Shown piece by piece: positions 16,735 to 25,842 of a stretch of DNA of 64,000 nucleotides. Source of the stretch: a virus; IMG/VR virus record IMGVR_UViG_3300024255_000011, positions 1-64,000 of that record; one strand, 5' to 3'. A model generated the notes under the pieces. The model was not told the origin of the DNA. It saw only the letters and a list, made by a program, of their open reading frames with translations, and ran no database searches. The stretch's first letter is position 1. Every line of letters begins with the position of its first letter. The position numbers were made by a program, and so were the translations under genes.

Positions 16735-18579
16735 TTACATCAAGTTCTCAATACGAACTCTTCTGTAGTAACGGTTGGTGTTGTCAGCCAAGCGTCCCAG
16801 ACCCTGGTTATATGGGCCACTAGGACCTTCAGCGAATGGGTTAGCGATGAGACCATATCTCGTTTTGAACCCGATGTTTGGTTGGAACGTTTGGTCAGAT
16901 ACACTACGAACCATCTGAAGAGGAACGTAAGGACAATAGAAGAGACCTGCGTCATAGGCGCTGGTGCCTTTATAACCCATCACATAGTAGTGACTGTTGC
17001 TGATGTTAGCAGAATAGGGGTCAATGTAGACCTTCATCTTACCGTTGATGGTACCTGCGAAGAGGTTACCGGTGTCGTCAACGTTGAGGTTGGCGTTCAG
17101 TGCTGGGGTGTAATCAAGCACACCAGCCATGGTCAGTGCGGAAGCAACGTCTGCGGAACAGATGATGATGTTTCCTTTGCCACGACGGGTAAGTTGAGCA
17201 ATTGCGTTAGCGTCACGCTCAATCTGGAAGAGAAGTCCTTTGAATTTCTCAACGGACCAACGACCATTGGAGTCAACGTCCAGGTCAAAGATACCAGGAG
17301 TTGCTACGTTGTTCTGTGCTCCGGGGAGTGCAGTTCTGTAAACAGTTCTAACAATCTCTCTGTTGATTTCAGAAAGAATCTCAGAGGAAAGGATGTTAGC
17401 CAATTCAGCTTCTGCATCCAGACCATGGATTGCTCTAAGGTCTTGTGCAAGTTCCAGTGAATACTGGGCCTTCAGTGCACGACCACGTGCTTCCACAACT
17501 GCCTTCTCGATGGTGAAACCCATCTGGCGGAACTCATTACCAGGTTCGCCAAGGCGCTCCATCTGAGCCTTGCCCATGCCACGCATGCCACTCAAAGTGG
17601 GATCGTAGTAAGAATCAGTAGCGTTTGTTCTGTGATCACCACCGCGGTAATCATATTCTGTACCATCGCGTCCACGTGATTTTTGGGGGTCATTTGTATA
17701 ACCACCTGTGGAGATTGCGTCACCTAGAAGACCAGGGTTAGCTCTGGTGTAGGCAGGATCTGCTGCTCTGTCAGTGTTGTAAGGAACTTCACCGGGAACG
17801 TAAGGGTGGTGAATTGACTTACCCTCAGCAATAGAACCCTGATCCTCTGGATAACCTTCGAAAGCGAAGTCAGATCCACCGGGGGTGTCATTGTCGAAGG
17901 GGGAATCCCAACCATCACCAGAAAGAGGTGCAGTACGACCATTCAAGTCATTAGGTTGCATGTAACCGGTTACCCGGTTCTTAGGATCTCCATCCCATGC
18001 AACAGTTGCACCTGATGAATCAGTCATGACGGGAACGAACTGACCGGGGACACCATCGGTACCATCAGATACTCTGTGTCCATGATATGCTGTTCCATTG
18101 GCAAACGTGTTAGCGCCTGCGGAGAAGGTAGGATCAGCTTCGTCAAAGAATGCTTCGTTAGGACCATCAGGACCATCATACTTCGAACGCATTGCGAAGA
18201 TCATGCCGGTAGGACCGGTCATGGGTTGAACGCCACAAATATCATAGGCGATCAGGTTAGGCATTGAGCGTCTGATCAGAGAGATCAGAACTGGGTCGAA
18301 ACCAGCGCGAGGGCCAGCATCAGCGTTGAGGCCGCCTTCTACTCCACCATTAACAGATCCACCTGTGAGACCTTGGAAACCGGAGCCACCAACGTTCATG
18401 GTGGGGGATTCTGTTAGTAGGCCAGAGGCGCTACCTTGTACGATTGCTTGCTCGTTGAGAAAACGTTCCTGGTTTTCCAGGAGTTGAGCGGTTACAGCCT
18501 TTCTGTATGGATCAGTGATCGGTTCAAGATCTTGATGTTGCAGAATGGGTGCCCACTTTTCGGTTAAGTAATTAGACAT
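16735..18579 (-). CDS. gp23: Major capsid protein, 614 aa, enlarged insertion region
   Basis: EKWAPIL, FDPVLISLIRRSMPNLIAYDICGVQPMTGPTG, RALKAQYSLELAQDL, YCPYVPLQM, GFKTRYG. Confidence 0.99.
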   Translation of the reverse strand: MSNYLTEKWAPILQHQDLEPITDPYRKAVTAQLLENQERFLNEQAIVQGSASGLLTESPTMNVGGSGFQGLTGGSVNGGVEGGLNADAGPRAGFDPVLISLIRRSMPNLIAYDICGVQPMTGPTGMIFAMRSKYDGPDGPNEAFFDEADPTFSAGANTFANGTAYHGHRVSDGTDGVPGQFVPVMTDSSGATVAWDGDPKNRVTGYMQPNDLNGRTAPLSGDGWDSPFDNDTPGGSDFAFEGYPEDQGSIAEGKSIHHPYVPGEVPYNTDRAADPAYTRANPGLLGDAISTGGYTNDPQKSRGRDGTEYDYRGGDHRTNATDSYYDPTLSGMRGMGKAQMERLGEPGNEFRQMGFTIEKAVVEARGRALKAQYSLELAQDLRAIHGLDAEAELANILSSEILSEINREIVRTVYRTALPGAQNNVATPGIFDLDVDSNGRWSVEKFKGLLFQIERDANAIAQLTRRGKGNIIICSADVASALTMAGVLDYTPALNANLNVDDTGNLFAGTINGKMKVYIDPYSANISNSHYYVMGYKGTSAYDAGLFYCPYVPLQMVRSVSDQTFQPNIGFKTRYGLIANPFAEGPSGPYNQGLGRLADNTNRYYRRVRIENLM

Positions 18580-18606
18580 TGTTCGGGGTTACCTTTCTTT
18601 TGAAAT

Positions 18607-19692
18607 TCATTTAATGGTTCTAGACAGCGCCTGTGCGTATGCTGCCATTGCTGGATTCATGCCGTCATAGAGACCGGGCTCAGGTGCTTCAGCTGACTCC
18701 TCTAGGTATTCGGTCTCATGCACAGAGGCTTGAGTAACGAAAGATTCTTTTAGGATGCCGAGCTTCTGGCGATAATTTGTTTCACTTTCAAACTCTACGT
18801 TCTCTGCAAGACCTGCCAGTTTCTCTTTACCTGCCTCAGACAGATCCCAAGAGATGTCACTAAGGACACTCTGTCTCTGGTGGTGAGACATTTGGTTAGA
18901 GAGACCAACGTTGGTCTGGATTTGCTCGTTAAGTTTGTTTTCCATATCATCAAGTTTTGCGACCATAGATTCAAAGATGTCGTACTTCTCATCAGGAAGT
19001 GTGACATAATGGTCTTCAAATAGTGATCTCAAGCCACCCATAAACGATTCTGAAAGTTCGTTACGGATGCCATTTTCGACCACAAGCTTGTTCTCTTCCA
19101 GCCATTGCTGAGATGTGTAGTTGAGGAAGGCTTCAACCTTCTCTGCAATTTCCACAATCTCAGACTCAAAGCGGGTTGAGAATTCTTCCTCCAGACGGGT
19201 TACTTCCATCTGAAGCTTTTGGTTGAGGGCAGATTCAAAGATGATTCTGGCTTTAGACTTAAAGTCATCAGAAGCATCATGATCTGTGGCCAACTCGTCC
19301 AGTGCCTGACCAGCAGAAGAATCAACTTCTGCGTGCTCATATGCCTTAGGCATCTGGGTTTTCCCAGTGGGCTTTTTCTGCTCACCAGGAACAACGTCAG
19401 GACCAATGGAATTGTCTGGACCTTCGTTGCTTCTACCCTTGGTGCCATCATGCTTGGCATTACCAGGGAGAACCTCACTACCAATCTTGCCCTCAGGGCT
19501 GGAGCTTACGCTGCCGGGTGCACCCTTGAAGGGGTCAAGTTTGGTGGAGTCATCTGTGGATCTTTCATTTTCCTGAGTGGATCCACCCAGATCATTTTTG
19601 GACTGCTTAGGAACTAGTGAAGTAGGAACCAATTCCTGCATCGGATCCCCAGCACCTCCCTTTGCATTAACAGCGGTACGAGATTGAGCCAT
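18607..19692 (-). CDS. gp22: Prohead core scaffolding protein
   Basis: 'FKSKARIIFESAL', 'WLEENKL.VENGIR.E..ESFM.GL..LFEDHY', C-term MAAYAQAL; lies between gp21 and gp23. Confidence 0.95.
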   Translation of the reverse strand: MAQSRTAVNAKGGAGDPMQELVPTSLVPKQSKNDLGGSTQENERSTDDSTKLDPFKGAPGSVSSSPEGKIGSEVLPGNAKHDGTKGRSNEGPDNSIGPDVVPGEQKKPTGKTQMPKAYEHAEVDSSAGQALDELATDHDASDDFKSKARIIFESALNQKLQMEVTRLEEEFSTRFESEIVEIAEKVEAFLNYTSQQWLEENKLVVENGIRNELSESFMGGLRSLFEDHYVTLPDEKYDIFESMVAKLDDMENKLNEQIQTNVGLSNQMSHHQRQSVLSDISWDLSEAGKEKLAGLAENVEFESETNYRQKLGILKESFVTQASVHETEYLEESAEAPEPGLYDGMNPAMAAYAQALSRTIK

Positions 19693-19771
19693 TTTTGATT
19701 ACTTAATTTTGGTTTTTATTCTGAGTTATTTAGAACATTGGTAGTTCTGTAAGTATTTCCTTTACGGAAAA

Positions 19772-20413
19772 TTATCCCATCAATAGTTGAGCGAAACCAT
19801 CTAAAATGGATTCATCCAACTTATTTGCTGGGCAGTTGTCAAGGGTGTTTTTAATTTTTTGGATGTCCTGTTCTTTCAGGAGACCATTGTCCCAGACCCA
19901 TTCCTTTCCTTCCATAATACCTTGGACGAAAGCATCTGGAGCGGAGGGATCTGCAACAATGTCAGCAGCAGTAGCCAACATAAAGTCCTCACCCACATAG
20001 TTAGCACCATTGCGCTGAACAAGAGATCCCATACCACGTGAAGAGACACCCAGTGTAACCCCATCATTGAGGAGGGCTCCGGCAATACGTCCCATTGGTG
20101 TTTCGAGAATCTTAGCTCTTCCAATGAAGTTACTCCCTTCTTGTTTTAGTGAAGTGATTTTATGAGACACGCGATCAAGATTAACAGTGGGCCCATCAGG
20201 GTGACCAAGCTCTCCCATCGCCCTATTTTTCGCGATGTATGATTCGTTATAACGATTAACTTCCTTTGCTAGAATTTTACTTTCATAAATTCTACCATTG
20301 CGGTTCTTCACATCACCTTGGAGGAAGGGTCCTTGAATATAGAAGTGTTTCTTACCACCCTTCTCTTCTACAAGAACCTCAACGGCCTCGACTTCTTCTC
20401 TAATCAGTTTCAT
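19772..20413 (-). CDS. gp21: Prohead protease
   Basis: MKLIREE, NRNGRIY, RAMGELGHP, GVSSRGMGS, ADIVADPSAPDAFV. Confidence 0.98.
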   Translation of the reverse strand: MKLIREEVEAVEVLVEEKGGKKHFYIQGPFLQGDVKNRNGRIYESKILAKEVNRYNESYIAKNRAMGELGHPDGPTVNLDRVSHKITSLKQEGSNFIGRAKILETPMGRIAGALLNDGVTLGVSSRGMGSLVQRNGANYVGEDFMLATAADIVADPSAPDAFVQGIMEGKEWVWDNGLLKEQDIQKIKNTLDNCPANKLDESILDGFAQLLMG

Positions 20414-20627
20414 CTGTTACCTCTAGTGCTTGGGGATCTTCAATGTTTGCAGTTTCGATGTCACCACCGAAATCAACCACTGGAGCGAAGTAGTTTGTCG
20501 CAACCTCTGGTTTAATTTCGTTAATTGCATCATAAGAACGAGTAAGTAATTCAGAGTTCAGAACATCTGACGCTTCTGCATTTTTACCTTGGACAATCAA
20601 ATCAATAAGCTCTGCAACTCTAGACAT
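20400..20627 (-). CDS. Small prohead core protein (gp67/gp68 position)
   Basis: 75-aa acidic ORF between portal and protease. Late promoter at 20646-20652. Confidence 0.65.
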   Translation of the reverse strand: MSRVAELIDLIVQGKNAEASDVLNSELLTRSYDAINEIKPEVATNYFAPVVDFGGDIETANIEDPQALEVTDETD

Positions 20628-20651
20628 AATTTTACGTGTTTTGATTATTTA

Positions 20652-22451
20652 TTACATTGGTGCAGTGCCTGCTCCAGCACCTAATCCACCTCCACCACCT
20701 GCTCCACCCATGGATCCACCACCTCCACCCATTGGGTCCTGTGGTGCTCCATCTAATCCCATGTCACCAGGAACTCCTCCACCTTGGAAATCACCAGACA
20801 TTTCTGGTGATCCTTGTCCTGGCATTTGTTGTTGTCTCTGCATCATTTGTGCATTAGGATCAGGAATAATTCCAACGTTACGCTCATAAGAAATCTGTTG
20901 ATCAATCTCTTTGATTTCTCCATCAGTGTAACCAAGAAGTCTGTTACGAACCTGATAAACACTGAAGTACTTACCAACATAAGGTTCAGCCATGGCTGCC
21001 AAGTTGAGTTTGTTAGTCATCATTTCCATCTCTCTAAGTTCAGAGAAATGGTTATCATAAATGAAGTCAAACTGCATGTGTTCCTTCATGGAGTCAAACT
21101 CCTTAGGAGAAACAACACCCTTCAAAACTAACTGAGTTTTGAGTAAGTCAACAAACAGGTAAGAGAACTTCTTCCTCATTCTTCCAACAAACTTGGAGAA
21201 CTTAACTTCATCGCGAGTGATGTTATCTGACTGACCAATTTGGAATCCATCACCAGAGTCCTGCCTTGACACAGGTACATTCAATGAGCGATAAAGTTTG
21301 TCCTGGAAGTACTTAAGGTCTTCCAAGTTACCAAGGTTCTGACCACCAGGAAGAGTAGAAACTTCAGTACCACGGCCACCTTCTCTACGAGGCAACCAGT
21401 AGTCTTCCAACATACTCATGTACTTTTTATCGTCACGAATCTCACCAGTTGCCTGGTCGTATGTGACTTTAGTTCTGTAACGTGCCATCACGTCACGCAA
21501 GTAATTCTCTGCCTTAGCTTTAGGTAGGTTACCCACATCAATGTAGAACAACCTTCTTTCAGGTGCTCTTGCCATTCTGTAGATAACAATGGCATCTTCC
21601 ATCCATCTCAGTTGGTTCAAAGACTTATTGGCTTTGTTGAGGTAGGACAACACCTGTCCAGAGTTACCATCAACCAAACCAGAAGTTACATATGTAACTG
21701 AGTCTTTTGCTAGTCTTACTGTCTCATTATGGTTACTTCCCCATGATGACCTACCCATGTAGTTCATACCCTTCTTGTTATACAAGAAGTATTCCATTAC
21801 CCTTGCTGGCATCTGGAGTGTTGCCTGTCCAAACACCTGTGGTTGATTACCACTCAAAGGTTTTTGTGTGTTCTTTAGATAAGGCTCAGGGAGTTTGGGT
21901 CTTTGGTACTCTCTGATTAATCTAATTTTGAGAGCATCAATGTTGCGGATGTCAGTGATTCCCCTTTCAGGATTGTTAAGGTCAATTACTTTATGATAAA
22001 ATAACCTTCCATCAATATACCACTTACGAAACATCTCATGAGCTTTATTATTAAAGTCAAGGAGGTGAAGAAGGTAAGAGAACTCTTCACGAATAATGGT
22101 TTTGATTCTTTCTGACACATCCAAATTGGATAAGTCAATGGCAATGGGTGTGTCATTAGTATCAGAGGTGATAGCCTCATTTACAATGTCTTCAATGGCA
22201 CTATCCACCTCAGGGTGAAGGGCCATACACCTGTAGTTTTTAATATTTGATTGGTCTTTCTGTGCGCTCTGGTCGAGGTCGACCCCATAACCAAAAACAC
22301 CACCAGCAGCAACAGTAACTCCATCATCCGCATTAGGCGGAATGGGAGAAACCTTAGATGTAATTTCATCTAAATCTGGTTGGTTATACGAAAAACCAAA
22401 TAATCTTCCGTCCTTTTTGTTATCACTAGACGCTAGTTGTTGATCTTGCAC
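20652..22451 (-). CDS. gp20: Portal vertex protein
   Basis: YRCMALHPEVDSAIEDIVNEAI, RAPERRLFYIDVGNLPK.KAE.YL, EDYWLPRREGGRGTE; GTG start. Confidence 0.98.
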   Translation of the reverse strand: MQDQQLASSDNKKDGRLFGFSYNQPDLDEITSKVSPIPPNADDGVTVAAGGVFGYGVDLDQSAQKDQSNIKNYRCMALHPEVDSAIEDIVNEAITSDTNDTPIAIDLSNLDVSERIKTIIREEFSYLLHLLDFNNKAHEMFRKWYIDGRLFYHKVIDLNNPERGITDIRNIDALKIRLIREYQRPKLPEPYLKNTQKPLSGNQPQVFGQATLQMPARVMEYFLYNKKGMNYMGRSSWGSNHNETVRLAKDSVTYVTSGLVDGNSGQVLSYLNKANKSLNQLRWMEDAIVIYRMARAPERRLFYIDVGNLPKAKAENYLRDVMARYRTKVTYDQATGEIRDDKKYMSMLEDYWLPRREGGRGTEVSTLPGGQNLGNLEDLKYFQDKLYRSLNVPVSRQDSGDGFQIGQSDNITRDEVKFSKFVGRMRKKFSYLFVDLLKTQLVLKGVVSPKEFDSMKEHMQFDFIYDNHFSELREMEMMTNKLNLAAMAEPYVGKYFSVYQVRNRLLGYTDGEIKEIDQQISYERNVGIIPDPNAQMMQRQQQMPGQGSPEMSGDFQGGGVPGDMGLDGAPQDPMGGGGGSMGGAGGGGGLGAGAGTAPM

Positions 22452-22486
22452 GCCATCCTGTATGTCTTATACATTATTTATGGCAC

Positions 22487-22511
22487 AAAAAAAGGAGGGG
22501 TAAACCCTCCT
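22487..22511 (-). terminator. Rho-independent terminator after gp19
   Basis: GGAGGG-TTTAC-CCCTCC followed by T7 on the - strand. Confidence 0.88.
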
Positions 22512-22530
22512 CGTCTGTTTTGTAAAAATA

Positions 22531-23133
22531 TTAGCTTGAAATTGCGTTAAGATCAGAGCTAGGATTGATGGGTACTGCTGAAGTGTTGGGGTCACCAACT
22601 TCGATTGCACTCCAGTATTGAACACAGAGTGTCACATCGTAATCTTCAACTGTGTCATTAGTGTCGAAGTCCAAATCAATTGGAGCGACAGTGGAAGGCC
22701 ACACACCCTCAAAGCGATAAGCTCTGAGTTGATTACCATCACGATCCAGTTGTCTCACAATGGCAGAGCCAAAGTAATCAACCAAAGTGTTAGAACCAAG
22801 TACGAAGTTATGGTTCTGAATACGCTCCGACCACTCCTCAAATGCCTTTCTTGTTCTGAAAGTAACATCATTGGTTACAGTGATGGACCAATCATCATAG
22901 CTTCTGTCACCAGAAACCTTGAGCTTACGCCCTCTGAATGGAACGTCGATGAAACCAACGTTAGAGCCGGGAAGTTGAGATGCCTTGATGAGGAAAGTTC
23001 CCTCTTGCGTCGCTAGATTTGAATCAGCAACAACTGTTTCGGGGTAGGTCATCTCAACCTGGAACATAGTTGGGCGAACCCCACCGCCCTGTAAGACTGC
23101 CTTAAAGTCTTCAATACTCTTTTGATATGCCAT
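22531..23133 (-). CDS. gp19: Tail tube protein
   Basis: GGGVRPTMFQV, PFRGRKLKVSGDR..DDW..TV.ND, QLDRDG...YRF.G.WP. Confidence 0.97.
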   Translation of the reverse strand: MAYQKSIEDFKAVLQGGGVRPTMFQVEMTYPETVVADSNLATQEGTFLIKASQLPGSNVGFIDVPFRGRKLKVSGDRSYDDWSITVTNDVTFRTRKAFEEWSERIQNHNFVLGSNTLVDYFGSAIVRQLDRDGNQLRAYRFEGVWPSTVAPIDLDFDTNDTVEDYDVTLCVQYWSAIEVGDPNTSAVPINPSSDLNAISS

Positions 23134-23156
23134 GGGTTATAACCTATTATGGGGGT

Positions 23157-25724
23157 TTAGAATGAGTTACGTCTGTGTAGACCAACGGCCTCATCAAACG
23201 TGACACCAGTCTTAGTTGCGACGAAGTTCAGGGTAATGAAGTTAATCGACCTTGCTGGTTTAATGTAGATGTCTGCAACGAATTCGTTGCGGTCTATGAT
23301 TTCAGGTGAGTTATTACTGTCGTCACAAACCACCAGGAAGTCATTCATGCCTCTCTTGGCCTGTACATTTCTCAGGAAAGGATTCACATTGTTCTTAAAC
23401 AGAGTTCTGGTAATCTCATCGTTGAACTCAAACAGAGTAGTTTTAGAAATCTTAGCGATTTCTTTCTCAACAATAAGGAACAGACGTCTGACATTGATAC
23501 GGTCAAAGGCAGAACTGTAAGCCAGTCCAGTCTTATCACCATACAGAACGGTACCTTCACCTGGGAAATCAACCACTGGATTGACTCTGTGGGTGTAGAG
23601 ATCGTCACGTTGCTTCCTACTGGGGTTGTAAGGAAGTTTAACAACGTTACGGATTTGTCCTCTGGAGAAACCAGCTGGTGAGAACCAGGGTTCTGCTCTA
23701 AAGGCTGCATAAACAAGTGTTCCAGCAACGTCACCATTGAGGGGAACGTATCTGTACTTGTCGTTGTATCTGTCATACTGATACTTGTAACCACTATCAA
23801 ACACAGAGTAAGAAGACGAAGAAAGTTCGTTTGCCCACTCGTTAATGTTAACAGTTACTTGTGTTGCAGATGACTGATTGACCACCATGTACTTGGGTGG
23901 TGAGAGGAAACACATACAATCTCTTCTCTCTTCCACAACAGAGATGATGAAGTTTGCCTTAGCAACTGCGTCATCAATGTTAGAACCTGCTGGTCCCTGA
24001 AGAATGTAATCAAGATCGAATACGTTCTCAATGCCAAACTTATTATAACCATACTGGACTTCGCCCAGTGTGGCCATCAAGTTGTCCACTCCACCTTTGA
24101 GTTGTCTACTGCCAGGTACAATGTATCCAGCGTCAACACCATCACCAATGGGGAATCCAATGGGAGACTTGCCCTGATTCAATCCACCTTTGGCCAATTC
24201 AAATGGGAAGTTGGCGTATATAAATCCAGAGAACTCATTGATCCGATCACTGTAGTAGTTCAACTCACCTTCAGGAGAAGTTGCTCCTTTAAGTTTTGAT
24301 ACACCAATGTATGCCTCTAGAACATTACCCTTAGATCCAGTAATGTCACCAGTGGCGTCATACACAATGACGTTCATCTCATCATTAGTGGCACCTCTGT
24401 CTTGGGCGTTCAGTGACGTACCAGGACGACTTGCGAATCTGTACCAGGGAAGACCTTGGAAGGCAATTTGGTTATTGTACCAGTCACCAATGTATTCGAT
24501 AGTGAAAACATTATCACCATCATAGAGAGTGTCTCCACCCGCTGGCTTGTAAGAGTTAGTCCAAAGCTCACTTCTGTTGTTGTAAATATAGGTTTCACCT
24601 AATTTACCTGGGCCAAGAAGGAATGCTTTCTGATTGTTACGTGGGTTTCTGGGCCAACCAAACATGTTGAATCCATCAAGAACGCCGTAAGTTTGAGGCT
24701 TCCAAATTGAAGAAACAATTCTATCAGTTGGTGCACCAGGTACAACGTACTCAGCAAGAAGTGTGTCAGTGTCCTGATCAGTGTCAAGAACAAGACCAGT
24801 CTCTGCCAACAGATCAGCGTCGATCAGGTTGGGGTTGTACAGAACGTGTGTTCCAACATCATAGATTTCATCAAGAATGCCGAACCCTTGATTAAGGGTG
24901 CGCTCATCGAACCTAACGGTGTCACCTTTCTGCCAATTACCAGTGGTAACCATCACTTGGAATACTCCATTGGAGTATGAGGTGATGTATCCTTTACCAT
25001 CTAACAAACCACCAGTCTCTGGGGGTTCAATTGCTTCAACATATACTGGGAAAACAGTATCATCGTCAGTCAGATAAGCATCCCAAGGATTTTGATCCAA
25101 GGTAAACTTGATGTACTTACCAATCTCTTCGCCATTGTCTAGAAGTTGAGAGAACTGAGTCTCATCAGCAACTGATACATCAAAATCACCATCTCTGATG
25201 TTAGTGACAGACAACACTGATTGATAATCAGCACCTGCGTCAATGGTAGCAATGCCAATTGCATTACCCCACTTACCTGGATCACGAGAAATAAATCTCG
25301 CTTCAGTTAGTCCCTGTTCAAATACATCCTGCAAGAAATGATCTTTATTCTTAACATAAACCGATTCAAGGTTAATGTCAAGAATATCAACCGCGTTTCT
25401 CATCTTCTGTGTGCCAACCTCTGTAAGTCCCAGAGCGTCAGCTGCTTCATCACCAATGGCGTCGTCTACACGAACCACATAACATACACCACCGTACTCA
25501 AGGAAGTTTGAGACGGTCCACCAGTATTCATAATTTTCATCAGTTGGGTCTCCAAATGTGGTTTGGAGTTCAGCTTCTGTGTTAATCTTAATGATCTGAT
25601 CAACAGGTCCTTTTTGGAAAGGACCACAGAGAGCACCGATGTTAGTAGTGATTGCATCACTTGTTCCCCTTGTTAGGTCAATCTCATTGATTAGGACCCC
25701 TGGAGAAGCGGTTTTGATAACCAT
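23157..25724 (-). CDS. gp18: Tail sheath protein (855 aa)
   Basis: SPGVLINEIDLT, PWFSPAGFSRGQI, SAFDRINVRRLFL, FEFND, IKPARSINFITLNFVAT. Confidence 0.98.
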   Translation of the reverse strand: MVIKTASPGVLINEIDLTRGTSDAITTNIGALCGPFQKGPVDQIIKINTEAELQTTFGDPTDENYEYWWTVSNFLEYGGVCYVVRVDDAIGDEAADALGLTEVGTQKMRNAVDILDINLESVYVKNKDHFLQDVFEQGLTEARFISRDPGKWGNAIGIATIDAGADYQSVLSVTNIRDGDFDVSVADETQFSQLLDNGEEIGKYIKFTLDQNPWDAYLTDDDTVFPVYVEAIEPPETGGLLDGKGYITSYSNGVFQVMVTTGNWQKGDTVRFDERTLNQGFGILDEIYDVGTHVLYNPNLIDADLLAETGLVLDTDQDTDTLLAEYVVPGAPTDRIVSSIWKPQTYGVLDGFNMFGWPRNPRNNQKAFLLGPGKLGETYIYNNRSELWTNSYKPAGGDTLYDGDNVFTIEYIGDWYNNQIAFQGLPWYRFASRPGTSLNAQDRGATNDEMNVIVYDATGDITGSKGNVLEAYIGVSKLKGATSPEGELNYYSDRINEFSGFIYANFPFELAKGGLNQGKSPIGFPIGDGVDAGYIVPGSRQLKGGVDNLMATLGEVQYGYNKFGIENVFDLDYILQGPAGSNIDDAVAKANFIISVVEERRDCMCFLSPPKYMVVNQSSATQVTVNINEWANELSSSSYSVFDSGYKYQYDRYNDKYRYVPLNGDVAGTLVYAAFRAEPWFSPAGFSRGQIRNVVKLPYNPSRKQRDDLYTHRVNPVVDFPGEGTVLYGDKTGLAYSSAFDRINVRRLFLIVEKEIAKISKTTLFEFNDEITRTLFKNNVNPFLRNVQAKRGMNDFLVVCDDSNNSPEIIDRNEFVADIYIKPARSINFITLNFVATKTGVTFDEAVGLHRRNSF

Positions 25725-25842
25725 TATTTGCTCCTGATATATTAGTTATATCCAGGATTATTTAGATAAACTCAATGTTACAAGTGGGTTACGGGATTAC
25801 TTGATAGTTATTAAGTAAATGGTAGAAGGGGGTAAAACCTTA

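Noticed and set aside
15702-17460. + strand ORFs 15702-16220 and 16882-17460
   Set aside because: Antisense to the well-supported LRR gene and gp23; no independent motifs.
17581-18114. Intein or group I intron in gp23
   Set aside because: The frame is continuous with no C/S...HN intein ends or endonuclease motifs. None seen in gp17, gp20 or uvsW either.
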